Shown one piece after another: positions 1 through 8,221 of a stretch of 28,077 bases of DNA. Position 1 is the stretch's first letter, and every line of letters begins with the position of its first letter. This DNA is from Candidatus Heimdallarchaeota archaeon. GTDB taxonomy: Archaea > Asgardarchaeota > Heimdallarchaeia > Heimdallarchaeales > Heimdallarchaeaceae. The position numbers and the translations under genes are program-made. The notes under the pieces are model-generated. The model saw only the letters and a program-made list of their open reading frames with translations. It did not search any database and was not told the DNA's origin. The stretch is taken from the NCBI GenBank assembly GCA_021399345.1, contig JAAFKI010000001.1:1-28077 (forward strand), read 5' to 3'.

Positions 1-2
1 AA

Positions 3-398
3 GTCAAACCTGAAGCTGAAGTTAAACCTGAAGTTAAACCTAAAGCTGAAGTTAAACCTGAAGTTAAACCTAAAGCTGAAGTTAAACCTGAAGTTAAACC
101 TAAAGCTGAAGTCAAACCTAAAGCGGCACCTGAAGCTGCACCAAAGAAAAAACCTCCTGTTAAGAAACCTGCAGAGAAAATACCTATTGCACCAAAAGCT
201 GATATTTCATCGATTAAAGGTATTGGTGCTAAAACAGCAATGCTTCTCAAAGAAAATGGTTTCAACACAGTCGATAAAATTGCTAAAGCTACAGTTGAAG
301 ATATTTCCAAAGTCCCAGGTATTGGTCCTGCCACTGCTGAAGCTATGAACAAAGAGGCTAAGAATTTATTATCCAAAAGTAAGGAGGAAGCTAAGTAG
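3..398 (+). CDS. 5'-truncated CDS: VKPE/VKPK low-complexity repeats followed by a C-terminal tandem helix-hairpin-helix domain; possibly the extended C-terminus of ribosomal protein S4
   Basis: Open frame from the window edge to TAG at 396-398, not in the ORF track. Translates to ...[48 protein letters not shown]..., with two GIG HhH motifs. The S4 identity is only inferred from the usual archaeal S13-S4-S11 gene order; no S4 core is visible. Confidence 0.75.
   Translation, partial: VKPEAEVKPEVKPKAEVKPEVKPKAEVKPEVKPKAEVKPKAAPEAAPKKKPPVKKPAEKIPIAPKADISSIKGIGAKTAMLLKENGFNTVDKIAKATVEDISKVPGIGPATAEAMNKEAKNLLSKSKEEAK
15..122 (+). repeat. Intragenic tandem repeat, 30-bp unit GCTGAAGTTAAACCTGAAGTTAAACCTAAA (3 perfect copies plus a partial copy), encoding [10 protein letters not shown]
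   Basis: Identical units at 15-44, 45-74 and 75-104, then a shorter variant. Confidence 0.95.
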
Positions 399-406
399 GT
401 GATTTT

Positions 407-1162
407 ATGAGTGAAGATAAAAAAGAAAAGAAAGAATCGGCTAAGAAAACTAAGGAAGACGTTGAAACTCCCAAAGTAGAAGAGAAAGTTGAAGCTCCTA
501 AGAAAGGGAAGAAAACTTCCACTACTAAGAAGCAAGAAAAAACCGAACCTCCTAAAGAAGATAAGAAAGCCGAACCAAAGAAACCTAAAGAGACCAAAGA
601 TAAAGAAGCCAAGGATGAAGCTAAACCCAAGAAAGAAAAAACTGAAGATTCTAAAAAGGAAAAATCTAAAACCAAAGAAGAAGCTAAACCCGAAGAAAAG
701 GCTAAATCTGAAGAGAAAGCTGAACCCGAAACTAAACCTAAACCTGAATCTGAAGCTAGATCTAGATCAAGAAGAAGAGATTCTAAATACGGTGTCGCTC
801 ATATCTTTTCCAGTTACAATGATACTATCGTTCATATCACCGACATTTCAGGTGCTGAAACATTCAGCCGTAAAAGTGGAGGAATGTTTGTTAAAGCAGA
901 CAGAAACGAATCAAGTCCATATGCAGCGATGAAAGCAGCAAACTCAGCAGCACAAGAAGCGCAAAGTAAAGGAATATACCAGCTGTATGTACGTTATAGG
1001 GCACCAGGAGGACATAAGAATCGTACTCCAGGACCAGGAACACAAGCAGCATTGAGGGCGTTGAAAAGGTCAGGGATGAGAATACTAAGACTAGAAGATG
1101 TCACACCATTACCCCACGATGGCTGTCGCCGCAAAGGTGGCCGTAGAGGCCGTAGAATGTAA
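407..1162 (+). CDS. rps11: 30S ribosomal protein S11 (uS11) with a ~125-aa K/E/P-rich N-terminal extension
   Basis: Archaeal/eukaryotic uS11 motifs: [76 protein letters not shown]-like site just upstream. Confidence 0.97.
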   Translation: MSEDKKEKKESAKKTKEDVETPKVEEKVEAPKKGKKTSTTKKQEKTEPPKEDKKAEPKKPKETKDKEAKDEAKPKKEKTEDSKKEKSKTKEEAKPEEKAKSEEKAEPETKPKPESEARSRSRRRDSKYGVAHIFSSYNDTIVHITDISGAETFSRKSGGMFVKADRNESSPYAAMKAANSAAQEAQSKGIYQLYVRYRAPGGHKNRTPGPGTQAALRALKRSGMRILRLEDVTPLPHDGCRRKGGRRGRRM

Positions 1163-1163
1163 G
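1134..1163 (+). repeat. Left copy of a perfect 30-bp direct repeat (attL/target-duplication-like), overlapping the rps11 3' end
   Basis: AAGGTGGCCGTAGAGGCCGTAGAATGTAAG, identical to 3473-3502. Confidence 0.97.
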
Positions 1164-1202
1164 ATTTCTACACTTTTACTCCTTTTTTATTTCATTTTTA
1201 TT
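1164..1202 (+). terminator. T-rich archaeal-type terminator tract after rps11
   Basis: ATTTCTACACTTTTACTCCTTTTTTATTTCATTTTTATT immediately after the stop. Confidence 0.5.
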
Positions 1203-1255
1203 AAGGTATTATTGGTCTTTATATCCCATTTTATAGATAATTACATGAGACTTAA

Positions 1256-2434
1256 ATGGTGGTAAATGAGAAGACCTACTCTTGTGAAGTTTGTGGTTGT
1301 AGTTTCTCAAGAAAAGATGGTTTGTATAGACATATGCGATCTGTTCATTCTGAAATAAAAAGATACAAATGTACAGATTGTGAGCTGACTTTTGCTCGTA
1401 AAGATACTTTGGATCGTCATGTAAATGATGTTCACAAACAAATTCGAAAATATGTTTGTGAAAAATGTGGAGAAAAATTCAAACAATCTGGTGCTCTAAA
1501 AAGGCATATTCAAACAATGCATGTAAAAACTGTTTCCTATAATTGCCCACATTGTGATGTAACATTTTCTCGAACTGACACTTTAAATCGTCATATTAAT
1601 GCAGTCCATCTAAACCTTCGTCCCCATATTTGTAAGGACTGTAGTGCTACTTTCAAATTACCAGGTCATCTTAAGGAACATATACTCTCTATACATACTG
1701 ACAAGCGTCCTTATGTTTGTGAAGAGTGTGGTTTCGCTTTCAAACTACGCAGTCATCTAAATGATCATGTTAGAGTTATTCACCAAAATCATAGTCCTTA
1801 TACTTGTGAGGAGTGTGATTCCGCTTTTCCACATGCTCGTGATCTTAAGCTACATATCATAGCCATGCATACAGATGAGAAACCGTTTGTTTGTGGGGAC
1901 TGTGGTAGAGGTTTTGCTAATCCAAGCCATCTATATGGTCACAAAAAGGCTGAAGCTTGTTGGTTTACTAGGACTACTGCTTACAAATGGGAAGAACTTT
2001 GTAAAGAGATAGCTGAGGTTTTGTTGGAAGGTTTAGATTGGGAGTGGAAACCTAGGATTGATACTCCTGATATTGATGAACAGAGTTGGATTCAGCCTGA
2101 AATAGTTGTATACTACGAAAATAATACGAAAAGAATCATTGATGCTAAGAGATCTACTCAAGCGATATTCAAAGAGAAGGATTTGAAAGTGTATCCGAGA
2201 ATAGCTGAGAAGGTTGAGTTCTGGTGCCTCTATGGGAAAGCTGAGGGAATGTTTGAGGAGGAAGAGGATATAAAAGCAAAAGATAGTCAAGAGATTATTA
2301 CTGAGTTGAAGAAAAAGGAAACTGAAGAGAACCAAAGTTTTGTGGATAATCTAATCATGAAAATTCAAATGCTAAAGAAAGGATTGGAATTTAAAGGACA
2401 AAAAATTCTCACTAACTTCTCTGAAGAGCACTAA
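1256..2434 (+). CDS. Tandem C2H2 zinc-finger array (7 C2H2 + 1 C2HC) fused to a PD-(D/E)xK-like nuclease domain, with a C-terminal PIP-box-like motif
   Basis: Eight CxxC-x12-H-x4/5-H/C units in residues ~8-235, with TGEKP-like linkers TDKRPY and TDEKPF. Then WEELC (E246) ... QPEIVV (P281/E282) ... IIDAKRS (D296-x-K298). C-terminus GQKILTNF. Confidence 0.9.
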   Translation: MVVNEKTYSCEVCGCSFSRKDGLYRHMRSVHSEIKRYKCTDCELTFARKDTLDRHVNDVHKQIRKYVCEKCGEKFKQSGALKRHIQTMHVKTVSYNCPHCDVTFSRTDTLNRHINAVHLNLRPHICKDCSATFKLPGHLKEHILSIHTDKRPYVCEECGFAFKLRSHLNDHVRVIHQNHSPYTCEECDSAFPHARDLKLHIIAMHTDEKPFVCGDCGRGFANPSHLYGHKKAEACWFTRTTAYKWEELCKEIAEVLLEGLDWEWKPRIDTPDIDEQSWIQPEIVVYYENNTKRIIDAKRSTQAIFKEKDLKVYPRIAEKVEFWCLYGKAEGMFEEEEDIKAKDSQEIITELKKKETEENQSFVDNLIMKIQMLKKGLEFKGQKILTNFSEEH

Positions 2435-2524
2435 GTGAAGATTGTTTTTTAGATTCTGAGTTTCTTTATTTCTACAAGAACTGAAAACCTTTAATTTAAA
2501 AGTAATAATAACATAGATTTCAAT

Positions 2525-3445
2525 ATGTTAAACCAATCTAGATTGAAGGTTTTAAAAAAACTTCAAAGCTTTAGATATCCTTCTGTTGCTGAAAGTATGA
2601 TTAGAGAACGTATGGAAAGAATAGAATATTCCAAAAATTATGAAGACGAATCTCATGCTCATTTTTGTTACAAAAGATTACAGCAATATGCAATAAACAT
2701 ATTACGATTGAAAGAAATACGTGAGAAGTTAGAACAAGAAAGGAAACTTGTTCTACCAATTTCCCCAAATGATACAGAAGGAGAGATAATTGAACGAATA
2801 CGCGAAATTAAGAACAATGTACAAACAAAAGAATCTAAAATAGAAGCAAAAGTTTCCTTACCTAAAACAGATGTAGAGATAAAAAAACTTGTTGATGAAA
2901 TTTCTCTATATTTCTCACAAGGATATGAGATGTACAAAACATCAATTGATGCAGATATTAGTACAAGTCCAATTATAGAATATTATGCAATACTGCAAAT
3001 TATTAAAGCAATCATCTTACTTGAACTTGAAGTAGATACCCGAGAATTTCTTAGTGCTCATGGATTAGAGAGAAAGAAAATTGTAAGCAACAATACAATA
3101 TTTCAAGTGAAAGCAAAAACTCATGGGGTTTTTGCTGCCTTATTACTTCGTACAACTTCTCTTAAAATAGAAGAGGATGGAACTCTTACAAGCGAGTTAC
3201 ACAAATATTATACAAATTATTATCCAAAATTTGAGGATTTTGTTGATAAACAACTACCATATTTTAGAATTCCTGAATCTTTCATTTTTCTATGGATTTT
3301 ATCTGAAATAGCTCGATATCAACCCAAGAAATGGAGAGAAATTTGCTCAGGAGTAAAAAATAATTGGATTGATAATATAGATCTATTCAGAGAAGAAGGA
3401 GTACCAAAACTTTTCTTTGATTTAATTAATTATCACTGTAACTAG
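2525..3445 (+). CDS. YaaC-like protein (uncharacterised)
   Basis: SPIIEYYAILQIIKAIILL...AHGL and C-terminal LWILSEIARYQPKKW resemble the PxxxYY..HGL and LSxxARYxPxxW blocks of the YaaC-like family as I recall them. Confidence 0.65.
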   Translation: MLNQSRLKVLKKLQSFRYPSVAESMIRERMERIEYSKNYEDESHAHFCYKRLQQYAINILRLKEIREKLEQERKLVLPISPNDTEGEIIERIREIKNNVQTKESKIEAKVSLPKTDVEIKKLVDEISLYFSQGYEMYKTSIDADISTSPIIEYYAILQIIKAIILLELEVDTREFLSAHGLERKKIVSNNTIFQVKAKTHGVFAALLLRTTSLKIEEDGTLTSELHKYYTNYYPKFEDFVDKQLPYFRIPESFIFLWILSEIARYQPKKWREICSGVKNNWIDNIDLFREEGVPKLFFDLINYHCN

Positions 3446-3472
3446 ATTATTAATTCATACATTTTTATAATT

Positions 3473-3502
3473 AAGGTGGCCGTAGAGGCCGTAGAATGTA
3501 AG
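3473..3502 (+). repeat. Right copy of the 30-bp direct repeat (attR-like; duplicate of the rps11 3' end)
   Basis: Identical to 1134-1163; a GC-rich island in very AT-rich intergenic DNA. Confidence 0.97.
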
Positions 3503-3541
3503 TTTTGTTCTTTTCTCATTTTTATTTTACTTTTCTTTTTT
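3503..3541 (+). terminator. T-rich terminator tract after the right repeat (possibly the original rps11 terminator)
   Basis: TTTTGTTCTTTTCTCATTTTTATTTTACTTTTCTTTTTT. Confidence 0.5.
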
Positions 3542-3591
3542 AATAACTCTTAAATAAATCTAAACTAGGACAGATTTGTTTGTGATAATTT

Positions 3592-4341
3592 ATGTATGAA
3601 ATGACTTTTGTTCCTAGAATAAGTGAAATTGATACTAAAGGCAAAGTGAAGATTACCGCTTTGATGGATTATCTACAACACGTTGCCTACAAACATGCTG
3701 ATCAATTAGGTATTGGTCACCGACAAATTTTCCACAAGAACTTAACATGGCTGCTTTTGCGATATACAGTTGAAATTACTAGTTACCCCAGATTAGATGA
3801 AGTACTTAAAGCATCAAGTTGGGTTGCTGAATCAGGTAGTCCAAAATATACAGTTAGAGATTTCGAAATTGTTGATGAAAACAACAATATTGTCTGCAAA
3901 GCTACAACAAGTTGGTTACTATTCAATTATCGAAAAAGACAACCAGTAGATTACATAGATTATTGGTCAAATTATTCTGTAGAAGAAAAAAGAGCTCTAA
4001 ACTATGGTTTTCCTGGTTTACAATTGCCTAAGAAAATAAATACAAGACATTCACTTAGAGTGAGAAAACAAGACCTAGATATTAATCAACATGTAAATCA
4101 CATAGCACATATCCACTGGATAATTGAAGGAATGCCAGAAAAAACAGTTAAGAGATATGAACTGGAAAAGCTGGAGATTAGCTATAAAGAACAAGTATTT
4201 CATGAAGACAACATTACTGTAGAATCAGAAATCCAGAAAGAAAAGGATAATGAAACTATCAAGGCATTTCATCAGTTAATTAAAGGTAAGAAAGAAAAAC
4301 TTGTTTCCAAAGCAATAACCCATTGGAGATTACAGAAATAA
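3592..4341 (+). CDS. Acyl-ACP/acyl-CoA thioesterase (FatA/FatB-like, double hot-dog fold)
   Basis: SEIDTKGKV..ALMDYLQ, W(L)LLRYTVEI..YP, and the C-terminal DLDINQHVNH catalytic motif. Confidence 0.88.
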   Translation: MYEMTFVPRISEIDTKGKVKITALMDYLQHVAYKHADQLGIGHRQIFHKNLTWLLLRYTVEITSYPRLDEVLKASSWVAESGSPKYTVRDFEIVDENNNIVCKATTSWLLFNYRKRQPVDYIDYWSNYSVEEKRALNYGFPGLQLPKKINTRHSLRVRKQDLDINQHVNHIAHIHWIIEGMPEKTVKRYELEKLEISYKEQVFHEDNITVESEIQKEKDNETIKAFHQLIKGKKEKLVSKAITHWRLQK

Positions 4342-4404
4342 AGTAATTCTCTCTTCTACCAAAGTCTTTTCTATATCCAATTCTTTTTGCAATTAGGTGC
4401 TTTA

Positions 4405-5235
4405 ATGTCTATTGAAAAAGTCAAAGAAAATGTTTATGCTATAACTGATGGTAGTACTCGTGGTAATGTTATTGCTTATGTTCTACCTAGTCAGATAGTT
4501 TTTGTTGATTCTGGTATGCATATCCCTCTCATAAAGGAATTTAGAGAACATATTGAACGAGAAACAGGAAAGAAAGCTTCTATTCTCTTTATTACTCACG
4601 CTCACGGAGATCATGTTTTTGGTAATCAGATCTTTGAAGATTGTGAAATCATCACTTCTGAGTTAACCCATGAAGCAATGGTTGACTCACAGAAAAATAA
4701 TTGGACTCCAGAAGCTTTAGAAGAGTGGAAAAAGAACTCAGAAGACCCCTTAGCTTTGGATGGATTAAAAATAGTTCTTGCTAACAAAACATTTGCAGAT
4801 GAATATGAGCTAGTAGATGGTGATGTAAAAGTTATTATCAAGAGAACAGGTGGACATACAGAGGGATCCAGTTATGTTTATTGCCCCAATTACAAAGTAT
4901 TGTTTGCAGGAGATAACCTTTTTAATCACAGCTTTCCATGGGGAGGAACCCCTACTTCAGACCCTTTGAAATGGGAAAAATCTATACAAGAATATCTTTC
5001 ACTAGATGTAGAGAATTATATCCCGGGTCATGGTTCAATATCTGGAAAAGAACCTTTGGAAGAGTTTTTAGCTTATCTTAACCAAGTTATTTCGCTTATG
5101 AAAGAAATGATTGCCGAAGGAAAAACCGAAGAAGAAATTCTTGAAGAAGCTGATAAAATTGATTATTATCCCCCAAAAAGAGAACAATGGAAGGCATTAT
5201 CACTAAAAAAATGGTATGAAGTTATAACAAGTTAG
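4405..5235 (+). CDS. Metallo-beta-lactamase fold hydrolase (glyoxalase II/cyclase-like)
   Basis: THAHGDH, GGHT, AGD and PGHG motifs. ATG at 4405, preceded by AGGTG, is preferred over TTG at 4387. Confidence 0.9.
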   Translation: MSIEKVKENVYAITDGSTRGNVIAYVLPSQIVFVDSGMHIPLIKEFREHIERETGKKASILFITHAHGDHVFGNQIFEDCEIITSELTHEAMVDSQKNNWTPEALEEWKKNSEDPLALDGLKIVLANKTFADEYELVDGDVKVIIKRTGGHTEGSSYVYCPNYKVLFAGDNLFNHSFPWGGTPTSDPLKWEKSIQEYLSLDVENYIPGHGSISGKEPLEEFLAYLNQVISLMKEMIAEGKTEEEILEEADKIDYYPPKREQWKALSLKKWYEVITS

Positions 5236-5266
5236 ATTTTTTTTGTGTCTTCCAACAATTATCACT

Positions 5267-6151
5267 TCAATGTTCAAAGTCTTTAAACATGACAACAATC
5301 ACAGAACCAGGACCTGTAAAACTATATGTTATACAGCTCATTGGAATGATTCCATAAAAATTTACTTCGGGAAATTGTTTAGTTAGAATCTGTTTTGCAA
5401 GAGTTGATCCCTTTTCTGCATCACCTGAAACGATATAACATCCCAAATTCTTGAAGTGTTTCATCGAGTTATATGCTTGAGTTACAATAGCTTCTACTGC
5501 TTCTTCGTATGACTTTGTTTGATTAAAAGAGTTAATCCCACCATCTTGTGTTCCTTCCAAACAAGGATAAATATTAAGAAGAGACCCCATTACGAATTTG
5601 ACAAGCCCTATTCTACCACTTCTTTGTAAGTATTTTAAGCTTTCAAAAGTAAAAGTAGTTTTTAGTTCAGTACTCTTAAAATCATTCAAATGAGAAATTA
5701 TTTCTGTGAAATCCTTTCCTTCGCTAAGAAGTTTAGCTGCTTTTATAACTGAAATACCCACTCCAAAGGATCCCTCTTTAGAGTCATATTGATGGAATTT
5801 GCTCTTTCCTCCTTGTTTTTGATATTGGATGATACTCGCTTTGACGGTGTTAATTATTCCAGTACCTCTTGATGTCATATTAATTATGAAGATATCTCCA
5901 TATCCTTCCTCTTCCAAGTGTTTGAAAGTGTTTACAAAATAATATATGCTTGGTTGAATTGGTTTGGGCATTTTTTTACTGGTATGAATTCTTTTCAAAA
6001 ATTCATCATAAGTGATTTCACTTGGGTATAATAGTTCTTCATTAGTGTCTGGAAACTCTACAGGTACTTGTATTGTGAAAACATTGTATTTTTCTATTAA
6101 ATTTGAAGGAATATCAGCTGCTATATTTGCTAAGATGACTGCACTTGTCAT
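5267..6151 (-). CDS. DegV family fatty-acid-binding protein
   Basis: AADIP, P..QPS, YDSK..SFG.G, LKYLQRSGRIG and TGPG motifs. Confidence 0.88.
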   Translation of the reverse strand: MTSAVILANIAADIPSNLIEKYNVFTIQVPVEFPDTNEELLYPSEITYDEFLKRIHTSKKMPKPIQPSIYYFVNTFKHLEEEGYGDIFIINMTSRGTGIINTVKASIIQYQKQGGKSKFHQYDSKEGSFGVGISVIKAAKLLSEGKDFTEIISHLNDFKSTELKTTFTFESLKYLQRSGRIGLVKFVMGSLLNIYPCLEGTQDGGINSFNQTKSYEEAVEAIVTQAYNSMKHFKNLGCYIVSGDAEKGSTLAKQILTKQFPEVNFYGIIPMSCITYSFTGPGSVIVVMFKDFEH

Positions 6152-6297
6152 TAAGAAATATAGTTCAACGTTTGATAAAAACCTATTGTCAAGAAAATTT
6201 CTTCTTTTGTTTTTATATTTAGATTTTTTTTGTATTAATTAAAAAGAACATTGCTTTTTTGAAGTAGATTTATATTCTAAATCCCACAACACAAGTT

Positions 6298-8094
6298 ATG
6301 GGTTATGCTAGTATTACTTTTTTATTATTTGTTGCTTATATTCCCCTTATTTGGATAATTTTCCGTATAAGACAAAGAAGCAAAGGATTAGGATATTTCG
6401 CAGCAGTTATTTTCTTAGTGCTACTACTAGGAGTTTGGATAGTTGGATTTCTCAATCGTATAATAATGGTAGGAGCTATTGAACATTTAATTATAGTAGG
6501 ATCAGTAACAACTCTTACTACGGTAATATTTGAACTAACGATTAGTAGGATTAATCTCTTAGTTAGATTTAAAAGAAGAAGGGAGGCTCTCTTATCCATA
6601 GTTATCCTGATATTTCTAGTCATTGTAGGTGGTCAAACCCTGTTGGGTGTACGGAAAACAATGCTAAGCGCAAAATATTTTGAAAATACTGTCACATATG
6701 ACGAAACAAATCTGCCTTTTCTTGTTTTCGATGAAGAAAATGAGATTGATAATCACATAAGACTTGTTACTAAAGAATTTGCAATAAGCAAAGCTGAACA
6801 GAACAAAGCTGTGTTTGGTTCTAATGCAGTGCTGACAGAAGCTAATGTGATATATGTTAACGATTCTATATACTGGTGCATGATTTATGCACCGAAGAAA
6901 TCTGCTCAAATATGGAGATCAGGACAATTTAACCTTGCTTGGGGATTGGTTTTAGTAGAGGTCAATAACCCAAATGCTGAACCTGTAATTATCAACTTTG
7001 TAAAAGGTGATTTCAATTATGCAGAAGGTCTATGGTATAATCATGACATTAACTTGAAGAATTATCGACGTGATCAAAAGGCTAAATATTGGCGTTCTTA
7101 TCCTGCATGGACCGGGACAGAGTGGGTATATATTGTTACACGATCGACTAGAAACGTCTATGGTGCGTGGTTATCAGACGGTATCGATGTATTAGATATC
7201 AAGACCGGTGAAATAATCACTCATTATGCAGCTGATGAACTAGATACGACTCCCGAATATATTCTGCAGGTTTTTTCAGAAGATTTGATAGAATTAGAAT
7301 GGATTATAAAATGGGGAAATAAGCGAGATACAACAGCAGATGGAAATATACGCTTATTGCCTGGATTTCCTCACTATAGTTCAGATAGACTTGGATTCTA
7401 CGGAGAAGGTGTTGAAGACATCAGATATGTCAAATATCAAAATTCAACTCTTGCTTTCTTCGCTACACATCCAAGAGATTCTTCAGAAACCTTAGCTGGA
7501 ATTGGGATTATAAGGAAAAATGGAACAACATTCTATAACTTGAGAGAAAGAGGTTACATTTCTGCTGTCACAGCTTCAAAGTTAGCGGAAGGTCAACTTA
7601 CAATCCCTAATGAGGGGAGTTACATTGTTCAGATGCCTGTACCTTATACTCTAAATACTTCAATAGGATTTAGGCTTGCTTGGTTTATCCCAATTTATTG
7701 GCAAAGTGGTACTGTGCAAAGATTGTCATATGTATGTGTGATTGATGCTTTAGATTCTAGCTACATCTCTATAGCAGAGGCTGAAGGTTTAACTGGTTCC
7801 CAAGTAGTAAGAGAAGCACGATTACAGTTCAAATCTTTCTTTGCTTCAGAAATCCCCCAACAAGAGTACTTAACAGCTGAAATTGATAATTTGGGTTCAT
7901 ATGTAGATAACGGAAATAGTATTTTTGTGTTCCAATTAAATAATTCAAAGATAATTCGATGCTTACAGGATTATCTCAATGAAACACATTGGAACCAAGT
8001 TGTTCTAGCTGAAATAGGAAATGTAATTCACTATACTTATACAGAAGATGATGATGGAATTCTTTGGGCAACGGAATTTTTTGTTATTTCTTAA
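6298..8094 (+). CDS. Membrane protein with ~4 N-terminal TM helices and a large, probably extracytoplasmic beta-rich domain
   Basis: Hydrophobic segments in the first ~120 aa; long ORF; no family recognised. Confidence 0.7.
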   Translation: MGYASITFLLFVAYIPLIWIIFRIRQRSKGLGYFAAVIFLVLLLGVWIVGFLNRIIMVGAIEHLIIVGSVTTLTTVIFELTISRINLLVRFKRRREALLSIVILIFLVIVGGQTLLGVRKTMLSAKYFENTVTYDETNLPFLVFDEENEIDNHIRLVTKEFAISKAEQNKAVFGSNAVLTEANVIYVNDSIYWCMIYAPKKSAQIWRSGQFNLAWGLVLVEVNNPNAEPVIINFVKGDFNYAEGLWYNHDINLKNYRRDQKAKYWRSYPAWTGTEWVYIVTRSTRNVYGAWLSDGIDVLDIKTGEIITHYAADELDTTPEYILQVFSEDLIELEWIIKWGNKRDTTADGNIRLLPGFPHYSSDRLGFYGEGVEDIRYVKYQNSTLAFFATHPRDSSETLAGIGIIRKNGTTFYNLRERGYISAVTASKLAEGQLTIPNEGSYIVQMPVPYTLNTSIGFRLAWFIPIYWQSGTVQRLSYVCVIDALDSSYISIAEAEGLTGSQVVREARLQFKSFFASEIPQQEYLTAEIDNLGSYVDNGNSIFVFQLNNSKIIRCLQDYLNETHWNQVVLAEIGNVIHYTYTEDDDGILWATEFFVIS

Positions 8095-8221
8095 TTCTCT
8101 CCTCTTTTTTTTTATTTTTTCTGAATTTTTTCGAATAAGTATCTAAGAACTTAATAATTCTTTCAGTTTCAACTAAGCCCCCAAAGTGTTTTTTAAGCTG
8201 TTAATATTTCTTTGATTTAGA

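Larger units (their letters stand above)
1164..3502 (+). mobile_element. Putative integrated islet at the rps11 3' end, carrying two genes and no integrase
   Basis: Bounded by the 30-bp direct repeat that duplicates the last codons and stop of rps11; the cargo is non-housekeeping. Confidence 0.75.

Noticed and set aside
15-122. 30-bp repeats as a CRISPR array
   Set aside because: Head-to-tail with no spacers, and in-frame within a CDS.
391-932. ORFs 391..675 (-) and 489..932 (+)
   Set aside because: Shadow frames of the low-complexity rps11 extension.
1256-2434. Eukaryotic contamination as the source of the C2H2 gene
   Set aside because: The gene is intronless, lies between repeats derived from the archaeal rps11, and has a prokaryote-type nuclease-like domain and a PIP-like tail. 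Read-level confirmation is still desirable.
1164-2476. ATTTCTACA at 1164-1172 and 2468-2476, plus similar CATTTTTAT(AAT)TAAGGT at ~1193 and ~3460, as extra cassette or recombination sites
   Set aside because: Short AT-rich matches expected by chance; not enough to claim an integron-like array.
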